In this document: positions 29,063-39,126 of the stretch, piece after piece
How the letters are laid out: each line of letters starts with the position of its first letter
How positions within the stretch are numbered: the first letter of the stretch is position 1
Source of the DNA: Candidatus Bathyarchaeota archaeon
Lineage (GTDB): Archaea > Thermoproteota > Bathyarchaeia > Bathyarchaeales > Bathycorpusculaceae
Direction: 5' to 3'
Assembly (NCBI GenBank): GCA_963832745.1
Contig: CAWHVC010000003.1
Coordinates: 512,001 to 576,000, forward strand
DNA length: 64,000 nt
Notes under the pieces: model-generated
The model's input: only the letters and a program-made list of their open reading frames with translations
The model's database searches: none
What the model was told of the DNA's origin: nothing
Position numbers and translations under genes: made by a program

Positions 29063-30343
29063 CTAAAATGAAATTTTTGCAGCATAGGGAACGTTGCCCA
29101 AAATCTTAACCGTGGCCTTCTCAACAGTTTCACGTTTCTCCTCGTCAGTGTAGACGCGGATGATGTTCATGAAGCCTTTAAGGGTCTCAAAAATTTTTGA
29201 GCTCTCACTTAGTTTTTGCAGGGCACGTTTGCCTTTAGGATTCTTTGTAAATACTGGAATTTCCATTGACTCCATCAATACCGCGTGATGATAGGGCACC
29301 GATGGCACAGTTGGAACGTCAATAGTCACAGATTCAATATCAACGCCTGCTTCCTTGGCGATTTCGCTTCTAACCTGCGTACGGTAAGATTCTCTGCCAA
29401 ACAAATTAGAAACCATATCATCCTTCTCATAAAAGGTTCGTTCGTAAGCGCACTTTATCATTCTGCGGCGTTCCAGATTCTCAATTATGCCTTTGGAGGC
29501 TTTGCATTTTTTTAGTGCAGACCAAACGGTGTAATCGTCAAGCTGCATGTACTCTTCAGGAGTCTCAAAACTGGTTAAACCCAATTCACTGTTGGCTTTA
29601 TCCATGGCGGAGGCAAGCATTATCTGTGCGGCTCTTCCCATGCGGTGAAAATAGATGCTTTTAAAAGATTCAATGCGGGCAATCATGAAAGCTTCTAAAG
29701 CCGAAAGCGCGCCCAACTCGACAGCTAAGTTTTCACCTAAAACATCAAGGGCATGTATTAACCGGTAAACATCTATGAATCCATATTCGGCGCCTGTGTG
29801 GTAGGTGTCTCTTAAGATGAAATCCATCTTGTCGACGTCTACGGCGCTGCTGATGATTTGGTCAAGAAACGCTTTTCCGGGTTTTTGCTGTTTTCCTACT
29901 GCAAGCTTACCTACTTCAGAGGGGTTATATCCTAGTTTGGAGAGTTTGTCGGCGACTTCACTTTTCTCGACTATCCAAGTCGTAAGGTCCTCATGGGTTT
30001 TGTGCAAGTCCTTAAGCAGTAGGTGTTCAAACACGTGCGAGAAAGGTCCATGTCCGCAATCGTGGAGTAATGCGCTGATTCGGGTCATATCTACTTCTTC
30101 TTCGGTGACAACTTGAGAAATATGTGGATTCTCAAGAACATTGCCTGCCAAGAACATTACGCCAAGGCAGTGTTCGAAACGTGTGTGGTTGGCGCCGGGG
30201 TACACGTATTCGGAGCCTGCAAGCTGCCGTATCCTTCGTAACCTTTGCATTGGGTAAGTGTCAATTACATCTTTTTCTGCCTGTGTAATGTACACGTAAC
30301 CGTGCACTGGATCTTTGATTTCTCCCCAGTAAGCCTTCGGCAT
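29063..30343 (-). CDS. HD-domain phosphohydrolase (SAMHD1/dNTPase-like)
   Basis: IKDPVHG, QRLRRIRQL, HTRFEHCLG, LLHDCGHGPFSH, DVDKMDF, YFH. Start placed at MPKAY. Confidence 0.92.
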   Translation of the reverse strand: MPKAYWGEIKDPVHGYVYITQAEKDVIDTYPMQRLRRIRQLAGSEYVYPGANHTRFEHCLGVMFLAGNVLENPHISQVVTEEEVDMTRISALLHDCGHGPFSHVFEHLLLKDLHKTHEDLTTWIVEKSEVADKLSKLGYNPSEVGKLAVGKQQKPGKAFLDQIISSAVDVDKMDFILRDTYHTGAEYGFIDVYRLIHALDVLGENLAVELGALSALEAFMIARIESFKSIYFHRMGRAAQIMLASAMDKANSELGLTSFETPEEYMQLDDYTVWSALKKCKASKGIIENLERRRMIKCAYERTFYEKDDMVSNLFGRESYRTQVRSEIAKEAGVDIESVTIDVPTVPSVPYHHAVLMESMEIPVFTKNPKGKRALQKLSESSKIFETLKGFMNIIRVYTDEEKRETVEKATVKILGNVPYAAKISF

Positions 30344-30433
30344 AAACTCTGCGCCTTTTTTGTGTTTGCAAGTTATATTTAGGGGGCTCCCTATAATGGT
30401 TAACGCTAAAAGCCAAATTGGGTAAGGCATGAC

Positions 30434-31030
30434 ATGACCATGAAAGGGATATTTATCTGCATTGAAGGTTTAGACGGAAGCGGAAAATCCACCCAAGCCA
30501 AACTGTTAACAAAAAAACTTTGTAAATCAGGCTACAACGCCGTCTTCACTGCAGAACCCAGCCAAGGAAAAATAGGCAAATTCATACGCAAACGCCTATT
30601 CGAACAAGAACGCATGCCCACAACTGTCGAGGCGCTGCTTTTTGCTGCTGACAGAATCGAGCACATACAAAAAACGGTTGAACCCGCTTTGAAAGAGGGC
30701 AAAATCGTGGTTTCCGACCGTTACGTTTACTCTTCGCTTGCGTATCAGGGCAGTGCAGGTTTAAACTTGGACTGGATAGAAACTATAAACATGCACGCTC
30801 AAAGGCCCGATCTTTCGATTTTCATAGATGTTGCACCCGAGGTGGTTTTGGAGCGGCTTAAACGCAAAAAATCTGTGATGGAAGTCCTGCAGACCCAGCG
30901 GAAGGTCTACGCAATTTACAAGAAATATCTTGAAAAAGGTGAGCTTAAACGTGTTGACGGCGCAAAAAGCAAGAGTGAAGTTTTAGAAACGCTATATTCT
31001 GAGGTTACCAGTTTTTTGAAGAAAAATTAG
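30434..31030 (+). CDS. tmk: thymidylate kinase
   Basis: EGLDGSGKST, EP, LFAADR, DRY..SS.AYQ. Confidence 0.95.
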   Translation: MTMKGIFICIEGLDGSGKSTQAKLLTKKLCKSGYNAVFTAEPSQGKIGKFIRKRLFEQERMPTTVEALLFAADRIEHIQKTVEPALKEGKIVVSDRYVYSSLAYQGSAGLNLDWIETINMHAQRPDLSIFIDVAPEVVLERLKRKKSVMEVLQTQRKVYAIYKKYLEKGELKRVDGAKSKSEVLETLYSEVTSFLKKN

Positions 31031-31053
31031 GCCCAAAAAAGTGGGCTGATTAT

Positions 31054-32160
31054 TTAGTCTTCTCTCCATTTGAACAGTTTTACTGCCAACACGAAGATGA
31101 CTGCTGTTATTATGCCCAGTACTGCAATGTCGATGAGTGCGTTTGGTATGTTGTTGTAAACCATGACGTTGTTTAAGCCTTCAGTAACGTAGAATAGTGG
31201 CAGGACGTGCGCGAAGGTTTGTAGGTATTCTGGCATGGCGCTGATTGGGAAAAAGGTGCCTGCAAGGAACATCATTGGGAAGGTTACGATGTTGCCGATG
31301 ACTCCTGCGGTTTCTGGATTCTTAGTTACTGTACCGACTAGCATACCTAAAGCGGCAAACAACATTGGACCCAAAACTAGGAAGGGTATCAGCCAAAGGG
31401 ATAATGTGACGTGTGCCCCGAAAGCAAATACTCCTACACCAACCATGAGTATGAAACCGGCAACTGTCAATAGAATGTAGAACATTACTTTAGAGATTAG
31501 CCATTCCATCTTTGTTAGTGGGGTTAGTGAGAGTTGTTTGAAGAGTTTGTTTTTCTTGTATTCAGAGGATATGTTGACGAGCGAGAACATTGGGCTTGTA
31601 AGGATAGAGAAGCCGATTAAGCCTGGAATAAGGAAGTCAATGTACGCCGTTTGTTGGGTGTTGACGGTGGCTGAAGTAGTGCCTATCACCATGGTTCCGT
31701 TGAAACGCTGTAAATTGAAGTAGTTGGCGTATCCACCGACCGTTCCACTGACTATTCCGCTTGTACTAGACGCTGGATTACCATAAACTGTAACGTTAAC
31801 ATGCTGCCCCGCTATGTAATCTGCCGTGAAATTTGAGGGAATAACTATCCCGTCTGACGCCGAATGCGCCGCCAAGTAATCAGCAAAGTTTTCTGAAGCA
31901 TTCACTGTTATAACTTGAACTGTCGAAGACTCATTTAACGCTGTTAAGAAGTTGTCACCGATGTTTTGACCGTAGGCGCCTGTGTCTTGGTTTTGAGCAT
32001 AGACAGTTACTGTTCCGGTACTGCCGCCCGAAAAGATAGCGCCGAAAATCAAAATCAAGATTACCGGAAATATCAAGCCGAAGAATAACCCGAATTTGTT
32101 TCTTAAATATCCTACACTAAATACTCTAAAGTCTGCAAAAATACGTTTAGCACTGACCAT
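31054..32160 (-). CDS. ABC-2 type exporter permease
   Basis: N-terminal TM, extracellular loop, FLIPGLIG, FPMMFLAGTFFP. Confidence 0.9.
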   Translation of the reverse strand: MVSAKRIFADFRVFSVGYLRNKFGLFFGLIFPVILILIFGAIFSGGSTGTVTVYAQNQDTGAYGQNIGDNFLTALNESSTVQVITVNASENFADYLAAHSASDGIVIPSNFTADYIAGQHVNVTVYGNPASSTSGIVSGTVGGYANYFNLQRFNGTMVIGTTSATVNTQQTAYIDFLIPGLIGFSILTSPMFSLVNISSEYKKNKLFKQLSLTPLTKMEWLISKVMFYILLTVAGFILMVGVGVFAFGAHVTLSLWLIPFLVLGPMLFAALGMLVGTVTKNPETAGVIGNIVTFPMMFLAGTFFPISAMPEYLQTFAHVLPLFYVTEGLNNVMVYNNIPNALIDIAVLGIITAVIFVLAVKLFKWRED

Positions 32161-32162
32161 GT

Positions 32163-33122
32163 TTATCGCCTTCCCTTTTTCTTGGAGGTTTGTTGTGTCT
32201 CTATTTCTCCTTGTTCACCAAGTGGCTCGTTAACAAGTTTAATGAATACGTCATCTAAGCTGTCTTGGCGTGTCTGGATTTCGCCCCAGTCCATTCCTGA
32301 CTGTTCAGCCGCAGCCAAAGCCGCCAATGCATCGATTTTCTTTTTCAGCGGTATAGTGATTACCTCTTTGGCGCTGTCGTATTCAACTTGTAGTTCAGTG
32401 TTTGCTTTAATGTAGTCAGCAAGTTTTTGGTCTCCATGCATTTCTAAACGTTCACCTGAACCATGCTGTTGAATAATTTCTTCGGTGGTTCCCATGGCTA
32501 CAATGTGTCCGTGATCCATAATGGCTACTCTGTCTGAGAGTTGTTGTGCCTCGTCAAGGTAATGGGTAGTTAAAATGATGGTTTTTCCTTTAGCTTTCAG
32601 CTTTCGGATGACTTCCCAGATAGCACGTCTAGCGTTAGGGTCTAAGCCTGTGGTAGGCTCATCAAGAAATAGCAATTCAGGCTCATTTACCAGTGAGAGG
32701 GCAAGTCCTGTTTTCTGTTTTTGGCCTCCTGAGAGGCTTTCAAAAACGTGCATTTCCATCTCATCAAGCAGAACTTCTTTCAAAATTGCGTCAGGGTCAA
32801 CTTTAACTTGAAAGAGTTTTGCGTAATATTTGATTGCTTCTTTTGGGGTAGTTTTCTCGAAAAACGTAAACTCTTGAGGGATAACTCCTATTTTCTTATG
32901 GAGTTCATAGCCGTTCTTCCAAGGGTCTAAGCCGAGGATTTTCACGCTTCCACCGTCACGTTCGCGTAGTCCCTCCATAATTTCTATGGTGGTGGTTTTT
33001 CCTGCGCCGTTTGGACCTAGCAGCCCAAAGACTTCTCCTTGCTTGACGGTGAAGGAGATGCCGTCAACTGCTTTAAGGCTGCCATAACTCTTCTTTAGAT
33101 TGGTTACTTCTATTGAGGACAT
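32163..33122 (-). CDS. ABC exporter ATP-binding protein
   Basis: GPNGAGKTT, LSGGQ, LFLDEPT, TTH. Confidence 0.95.
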   Translation of the reverse strand: MSSIEVTNLKKSYGSLKAVDGISFTVKQGEVFGLLGPNGAGKTTTIEIMEGLRERDGGSVKILGLDPWKNGYELHKKIGVIPQEFTFFEKTTPKEAIKYYAKLFQVKVDPDAILKEVLLDEMEMHVFESLSGGQKQKTGLALSLVNEPELLFLDEPTTGLDPNARRAIWEVIRKLKAKGKTIILTTHYLDEAQQLSDRVAIMDHGHIVAMGTTEEIIQQHGSGERLEMHGDQKLADYIKANTELQVEYDSAKEVITIPLKKKIDALAALAAAEQSGMDWGEIQTRQDSLDDVFIKLVNEPLGEQGEIETQQTSKKKGRR

Positions 33123-33237
33123 TATTTTTCTCCTTTTAGGGTGTAGTCTGTCTTTTATTTTTTCGGAAATGGAACGTGTATCTTACTCAAAGATATAACT
33201 TTCGATTATAGAATATGGAATGCATTATCAAGGATAT

Positions 33238-33771
33238 TCAAAATTCGCCTTTTTCTGCCTCGCTTTTCTTCAAAGCTCGTTTGCTTAACGTTTTGTTTAT
33301 TCTATCTATGATTATTGCTATCAAATCTTCAGGAGAAATATATCTTGGACCCTGCTTATGAAAAACCTGAAACTCTAATATTTTAGCCTCAAAACTGGCT
33401 TTAAGCATGTAGTAATCAAATTTTAATGCTGTCTTCTTTTGAGCGCTGATTTTGTAGTAACGTATCGCACAGAAGAAGTCCAACGACGCTGGCTGCTTAG
33501 TTTTAAGCATATCTAGTGCTCTTTGGGTTTCTATTTCGTCAAGAAAATTAAACGCTTCCTCCTCTGCTATCCCAAACTCTAAAATAACTTCACAATCCGG
33601 AATAGTTGGATTAGAAATTTCTTCAAAACAGAAGGGCTTTCTGTTTACATCTTTTAAAGTTATAATAAGCTTTTCTTGAAGCTTCTTGATTCCAATTGTT
33701 GAAGTAAATTTTTCTAAAAAATGAATATTTAAAGGGAAATTGTCATATTCGCCCAGCATCAACTTTGCCAT
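33238..33771 (-). CDS. hypothetical protein
   Basis: 177-aa ORF abutting the upstream UPF0148 gene. Confidence 0.65.
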   Translation of the reverse strand: MAKLMLGEYDNFPLNIHFLEKFTSTIGIKKLQEKLIITLKDVNRKPFCFEEISNPTIPDCEVILEFGIAEEEAFNFLDEIETQRALDMLKTKQPASLDFFCAIRYYKISAQKKTALKFDYYMLKASFEAKILEFQVFHKQGPRYISPEDLIAIIIDRINKTLSKRALKKSEAEKGEF

Positions 33772-34152
33772 CTATGGTTTAATGGTTTTCATTCGCCTAA
33801 TCTTTTCTAAACTGCTTAACAATTCTGAAAGGGCAGTGCTTAGCTTCTGTATCTCCTCAACGTCTTCAGTTTTCTCGATTTTATCTTCGATCCCTTGAAT
33901 CTTCTTTATCAGAGTAGCTTCAAGTTTATCGTAGGCTGCATTTGATTGAGATGATGCCGTTTGGACTGGTGCTTGTTCGCCTTCCTTTACAATTACCACT
34001 TTTTTCTGGTCTTGCTCGCACCAAAGGGTGCCATCTTTAAATCTAAACAGTGGTGAAGAGCAAACTGGGCATGAAAGATCCGTTAAAGTTGCGCCTTGCC
34101 GCAGCAAATCTGCCATGCGTTTGATTGGTGTGTCGTCTTTTTTCTGTTGCAT
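33772..34152 (-). CDS. UPF0148 / SSSCA1-like zinc-ribbon protein
   Basis: MADLLRQGATL...CPVCSSPLF...C with C-terminal helices. Confidence 0.85.
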   Translation of the reverse strand: MQQKKDDTPIKRMADLLRQGATLTDLSCPVCSSPLFRFKDGTLWCEQDQKKVVIVKEGEQAPVQTASSQSNAAYDKLEATLIKKIQGIEDKIEKTEDVEEIQKLSTALSELLSSLEKIRRMKTIKP

Positions 34153-34233
34153 TTAAGAACCTCAAAGTTAAATACATATCAAAAGCTTATATAACTTGAT
34201 TACTGCGATTCTGCCATTACAAGGGGAACGTTT

Positions 34234-34512
34234 ATGGTGCGGAAGAAAAAAGCGGAAGAATATGAAGCTAAAATTCAGCAAGCCTTAGTTGTGCTTGGCG
34301 AAGTTTCAGAGGACAGTACAACGCCACGGAACATTCGACGTGCTGCAAAAGACGCAATGACAGCGTTACAGGGTACAGAGTATACTCCAGCAGTTAAGGC
34401 ATCAAATGCAGTTTCACTGCTTGATGAGATTCTGCAGGACCCGAACATGCCTCCTTATACGCGTGTTAAACTTTGGAACGTTATGAGCTTTATCGAAGCC
34501 ATAAAAGACTAG
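34234..34512 (+). CDS. UPF0147 family protein
   Basis: TTPRNIRRAA, DPNMPPYTR; divergent from UPF0148. Confidence 0.9.
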   Translation: MVRKKKAEEYEAKIQQALVVLGEVSEDSTTPRNIRRAAKDAMTALQGTEYTPAVKASNAVSLLDEILQDPNMPPYTRVKLWNVMSFIEAIKD

Positions 34513-34594
34513 AAATTAAAGATTATTTTCCTTTCTTATTTAGCGATTATATTCTTGTTTTTAGTACGGCCTTACGCTATGTTGGTTAATTACT

Positions 34595-35056
34595 TTACCA
34601 TGATAAGTTATTGAATTGTTGGCTTACAGGAAAATGTGTTGTTTTTTCCAAAGAAACGTCTGCCTGCATTATAGTTGGTATCTTTTTTATTTTGTCAGTT
34701 ATGTTAATCATGCTTGTATAATCTTTAACGACTGCAAAAGCTATAACGTCATAATCACCAAACGTTTCTGATACAAGAATAACGTTAGGAATTTTTTTCA
34801 AAGCTTCAATCGTTAAAATTTTTTGTTGCGTTTTTATGGTATATCTGGCTCTTCCTTCGTAACCAATCTTTTGTAAGTCAATAGTTATGAAGTTATGAAG
34901 AATGGTTTTTTCTTGAAGCATTTTTTCATATTTTTTTTTAATCGTGTTTTGGGAAATGTTGAGCTTTTTGGCGATTGTTGAGAATGAGGCTTGAGGGTTG
35001 CTTATGAGTTCCTGAAGTATTTGATAGTCAACATTTTTCATAAATTCAAGCTCCAT
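34595..35056 (-). CDS. Lrp/AsnC family transcriptional regulator
   Basis: DYQILQEL, SFSTIAKKLNISQNT HTH, IGY, GDYD RAM domain. Confidence 0.88.
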   Translation of the reverse strand: MELEFMKNVDYQILQELISNPQASFSTIAKKLNISQNTIKKKYEKMLQEKTILHNFITIDLQKIGYEGRARYTIKTQQKILTIEALKKIPNVILVSETFGDYDVIAFAVVKDYTSMINITDKIKKIPTIMQADVSLEKTTHFPVSQQFNNLSW

Positions 35057-35519
35057 TGGTTGATTGGATCACTATGTTTTCATGAATGCAGCATGGTGTG
35101 CTCCAAAGTGCAATACTGATTTTTCCTGATTCCACATATTTCCTTAAAATGCTCCTTAGTTTATCAAAATCAACTGTTCCTTTAGTTATAAAGAAAAATA
35201 CTGCGTCACTTTTTCCAGTGCTGAAACTTTTGACAAGAATGATTGCTCTTTCTTTTAGCAGTGCTTCAACTTTTTTTGACTGTTCCTCTTTTATGTTTTC
35301 TATTTCAATTGAACCCGGATATAAGTCGCCTATCTTACTCACGTCGATTAGCAGTACAGCACCTGTTATTACTCCCAATTTTTTTAAGCGTTCTACCCTT
35401 TTGCTAATTGCAGTAGGTGATATGCTGCAGTCTTTAGCTATGTTTTTCACTTTGGCTCTTGCATCTTTGAGAAATGCGTATAAAATTTTGGCATCAATTG
35501 AATCAATGTCAATTGACAT
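35046..35519 (-). CDS. Lrp/AsnC family transcriptional regulator
   Basis: IDSIDAKIL..DAR....IAK...ISPTAISKRVERLKKLGVI. Confidence 0.88.
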   Translation of the reverse strand: MSIDIDSIDAKILYAFLKDARAKVKNIAKDCSISPTAISKRVERLKKLGVITGAVLLIDVSKIGDLYPGSIEIENIKEEQSKKVEALLKERAIILVKSFSTGKSDAVFFFITKGTVDFDKLRSILRKYVESGKISIALWSTPCCIHENIVIQSTNGA

Positions 35520-35591
35520 ATCTTTCTATCTGTTTTTTAGGTTTATATTAATTTGTAAATGCAATTTGTAAAAAAAGTATTTTTTAAATGT

Positions 35592-35744
35592 AAAAATTAA
35601 CATTTTAGTTTGTAGTTGTTAATTTTTCTATTTTTTAATTAGTATTTGGGTTGATTTTTGCTTCGTATGAAATTCCGTTTGTATTAACCTTAAATGTGTG
35701 TAAAATTTGTGAAAAAAACAAACTTTTTAACGTAAAAAAGTTTG
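35592..35744. promoter_or_regulatory. two perfect inverted repeats in the Lrp / beta-propeller divergent promoter
   Basis: AAAAATTAACA-N14-TGTTAATTTTT (35592-35627) and CAAACTTTTT-N6-AAAAAGTTTG (35719-35744). Confidence 0.45.
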
Positions 35745-35820
35745 CTTTTTAATCTTTTTTGCCATTGCTTGGAAAAGTTTAAAACGCTTTAGTATCTAGC
35801 ATTTTTACAGGAGAAATAAA

Positions 35821-38445
35821 ATGATTTTGAAAAATAAAATAAATGCAAAATATATCGCTATTTTTAGTATTGCTATAATGCTCCTATCTTTTCCCGTCGC
35901 TCTTCCCGCTGCTAACGCTCAATCCAACACAGTCGTGATGGGCGGTATGCCTACCGAAAGTGGTGCAGGTACCAGTGGTGCCTTGCCATCTGGCGTAACG
36001 CCCGACGTTACAGTTGACACTAGGGCATTTCTAAGCTTTGCTCCTAACCCAATCGGTGTAGGACAAACCTTGCTAGTTAACATGTGGACAAACCCCCCAA
36101 TTAGCCCTAACAGATTCCAAAGCGGCTATTCAGTTGAAATCATGAAGCCAGATAATACAACGTTTACTGTTGGGCCATTTAATTCATATCCTGCTGACGC
36201 AACCGCTTACTTCACATTCATACCTGATGTGGCTGGAACTTGGCAACTCAAATTCACCTTTGCAGGCGAGTACTTCCCAAACGGTACGTGGCTAAACAAC
36301 CAGTTAGTTCCAGTTAACACTACAAACTCGTACTATCTAGCTTCGGCTTACTATACTCCAGCATCAACAGACTGGCAAAGCTTAACAGTGCAAGATGCAA
36401 TGGTGCCTTCTTGGCCTTTAACATCACTTCCAACCGATTACTGGACAAGACCAGTACACTTCGAAAACAGACAATGGTGGCCAATTCTAGGCAGTTATCC
36501 ACCATACGGTGTTGTAGGCGGTGGACCAACCTGGCCTGCAGACACTAACATATACATGAGCAACTACAACTATGTTCCATACGTTACAGCACCAAATACT
36601 GCTCACATTGTCTTTAAACAACAAGTAGCAATAGCAGGCATGATCGGTGGAACCGCAGGACAATATGGACAAACAGCCAATGTAGGCAATCCAAGCGTAA
36701 TTTATGCCGGCCGGGCTTATCAAACTCTAACAGTACCAATCAACGGTGTACCAACAAGTTGTGCAGTTTGCTATGACATACGCACTGGCGAGCAGTATTA
36801 TGCTATTCCGATTTCTCAAGGCGGTGTAACTCCCCAAGTAGTTTCATACACTCCTCCAGGAGCTGGTGCAGTTGAAGGTGCAATCGCCGAATCAACCTAC
36901 AGTGTATCGCTTCTTAGCTTAGCTAGTAACAGACTGATTAAAATTGATCCCTACTCAGGTGCAGTCACATTAAACGTTACCGGCATGACTCCCCAACTCC
37001 TCGGCGGCGCCCAGGGCAGTGTCTCACAAACAGGCTTCTACGCAGACCCATACGTTATTAGCATTCAACAAATAGGCTCAGGCCCAAGCTTACAGTACAG
37101 GTTAATTAACTGGACAACAGCAGGAAGCTCAACCAACTTTACAAGCAGAATAGCCAACAACGTTAGTTTGCCATGGGGCTATGTAAACTTTGGCGGCGGT
37201 GTCTTAGGCTACGGTGGTATCGTTGCTGACTTTGAATCAAACATTATGGTCTGGATGGTTGGTCTAGCACCAATAGCATTAGGCGTATACCACGGCACAT
37301 GGATGATGGCAGTTGATATGTCAACAGGACAACTCCTCTGGAACAGAACTTACGAAGACACTCGATACAGCACCGCTTGCTTGTGTGCAGACCACGGAAT
37401 GGTTGCAGTTCTAATGGAGCAAGGCTACTACAGCGCTTTTGATCTTCACACAGGAGACCTAGTTTGGAACAGCGATCCATTTAGCTATCCATGGTCTTCA
37501 GCTGGCTTCGGAGCATACGCAGTGCAGTCCGCTTATGGGCTTCTCTACCGCGAAGCATACGATGGCGTCTACGCTTTCAACTGGACCAACGGAAAAATGG
37601 TCTGGCGCTTCATAGCTCCCGCACCACCATTTGAAACACCATACAACGACGGAAATGGAACAGCAGTTTACTCTTTCAACGGTGGAGGTTTTGTTGCTGA
37701 CGGCAAACTTTACACGTACAATACTGAACATACACCCTCTTATCCAAGAACCAGAGGCTGGAAACTATTCTGCATCGACGCAATGACAGGTGAAGGCATC
37801 TGGAACATAACTGGTTCAATGTCTCCCGGTGCAGTAGCTGACGGATACCTTGTCAACGTTAATCCTGACGACGGTTATGTATACTCTTTCGGTAAAGGTC
37901 TAAGCGCAACAACAGTTACAGCATCGCCTAAAACAGGTGCGCAAGGCTCTCAGGTTCTAATTGAAGGCACAGTGTTTGACCAATCACCTGCACAACCAGG
38001 CACGCCATGTGTTTCAGCTGGTTCAATGACTACACAAATGGAATACTTGCACATGCAACTTCCAATTGCTGGAATCTGGGGCAACGTTACAATGACTGGT
38101 GTTACAGTGAAGCTAACCGCTGTTGACCCTAACTGTAACATGATTGACATCGGTGAGACAACAACTGACCCATACTATGGAACGTTTAATTTTGCTTGGA
38201 CACCAGACAATCAAGGAACATATACAATCATGGCAACGTTTGCAGGTGATGACGCTTACGGCAGCTCCAGCGCTTCTACAGCAATAGTTGTAGGCTCAGC
38301 TGCAGCCACCTCAACCCCAACATCAACTTCAGGCAGTTCCGATGAAGCCAATAGCACATTGCTGACTCTCACAATAGGCATGGGCATAGCAATCATAATT
38401 GCAATAGCAATCGCAACAGTACTAATCCTGAGAAAACACGCCTAA
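35821..38445 (+). CDS. large secreted, C-terminally anchored PQQ-like beta-propeller protein (paralog 1)
   Basis: Signal peptide (...PAANA/Q), Ig-like ends, D..TG..LW propeller repeats, Ser/Thr linker, C-terminal TM plus RKH. Confidence 0.85.
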   Translation: MILKNKINAKYIAIFSIAIMLLSFPVALPAANAQSNTVVMGGMPTESGAGTSGALPSGVTPDVTVDTRAFLSFAPNPIGVGQTLLVNMWTNPPISPNRFQSGYSVEIMKPDNTTFTVGPFNSYPADATAYFTFIPDVAGTWQLKFTFAGEYFPNGTWLNNQLVPVNTTNSYYLASAYYTPASTDWQSLTVQDAMVPSWPLTSLPTDYWTRPVHFENRQWWPILGSYPPYGVVGGGPTWPADTNIYMSNYNYVPYVTAPNTAHIVFKQQVAIAGMIGGTAGQYGQTANVGNPSVIYAGRAYQTLTVPINGVPTSCAVCYDIRTGEQYYAIPISQGGVTPQVVSYTPPGAGAVEGAIAESTYSVSLLSLASNRLIKIDPYSGAVTLNVTGMTPQLLGGAQGSVSQTGFYADPYVISIQQIGSGPSLQYRLINWTTAGSSTNFTSRIANNVSLPWGYVNFGGGVLGYGGIVADFESNIMVWMVGLAPIALGVYHGTWMMAVDMSTGQLLWNRTYEDTRYSTACLCADHGMVAVLMEQGYYSAFDLHTGDLVWNSDPFSYPWSSAGFGAYAVQSAYGLLYREAYDGVYAFNWTNGKMVWRFIAPAPPFETPYNDGNGTAVYSFNGGGFVADGKLYTYNTEHTPSYPRTRGWKLFCIDAMTGEGIWNITGSMSPGAVADGYLVNVNPDDGYVYSFGKGLSATTVTASPKTGAQGSQVLIEGTVFDQSPAQPGTPCVSAGSMTTQMEYLHMQLPIAGIWGNVTMTGVTVKLTAVDPNCNMIDIGETTTDPYYGTFNFAWTPDNQGTYTIMATFAGDDAYGSSSASTAIVVGSAAATSTPTSTSGSSDEANSTLLTLTIGMGIAIIIAIAIATVLILRKHA

Positions 38446-38457
38446 AATTAAACTCCC

Positions 38458-38477
38458 TTCTTTTCTTTTTTTATTTT
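38458..38477 (+). terminator. oligo-T terminator
   Basis: TTCTTTTCTTTTTTTATTTT after the stop codon. Confidence 0.55.
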
Positions 38478-38491
38478 AAATCAAAATTTTA

Positions 38492-38953
38492 TTATTTTTG
38501 TTTGCTTGAGCGCTTGCATTCTTTGTAGGATTGAGCACAGTGTATGCAGCAAAACGCCATCTCTTTGCCATCAATGACTTCGCGGTAGCTGCCTTCGTAG
38601 ACTTTACAGCCGCAGTGAGCACAAATGTACAGGCTGGGTTCAATGGCGATGGATACAAGCTCGGCGAAGCGCTTAAACAAGCCTACGCAGAGTTCTTTGC
38701 CTTCTTGGGTTAACTCAAAATTTTTTCTTTCCTTCTCGCCGATAGGTTCTATGGTGTGTTTTACTAAGCCTTTTTCTTCTAGCTGCTGCAGGAACGGGTA
38801 GACTAGGCTTGGGCTGACTTCTTTTTTGACTCTTTTTTTGAATCTGTTAATAATGCTGTAGCCGTGTACTGGGCCTTCATAAAGTATGGTTAGTATGTAG
38901 AAGCGTGAGAAGTCGCTGATGAGGTCGTTGAAATCGCTGTTTTGGTTTGTCAT
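38492..38953 (-). CDS. PadR family regulator with C-terminal TRASH-like metal-binding domain
   Basis: PVHGYSI, SPSLVYPFLQQLEEKGLV, RKNFELTQEG; C-terminal CAHCG...FCCIHCA. Confidence 0.88.
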   Translation of the reverse strand: MTNQNSDFNDLISDFSRFYILTILYEGPVHGYSIINRFKKRVKKEVSPSLVYPFLQQLEEKGLVKHTIEPIGEKERKNFELTQEGKELCVGLFKRFAELVSIAIEPSLYICAHCGCKVYEGSYREVIDGKEMAFCCIHCAQSYKECKRSSKQK

Positions 38954-38994
38954 TTTTGCCCTGCAGACTGTTTGTGGCTGCACAGATTTAAATG

Positions 38995-39016
38995 TTTTTT
39001 AGATATATCTAAAAAA
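38995..39016. promoter_or_regulatory. perfect 22-bp palindrome, candidate PadR operator
   Basis: TTTTTTAGATATATCTAAAAAA between padR and the flavoprotein gene. Confidence 0.6.
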
Positions 39017-39126
39017 GATAATGTGTTTCTTGTCCCCCTTTAGTATCTGAATTTGCCCTTGCTTTTCACTAACAAATATATTCGACTGCTTGCATTTACT
39101 TTTGGATTTCCACGGAGCGGTACTCA

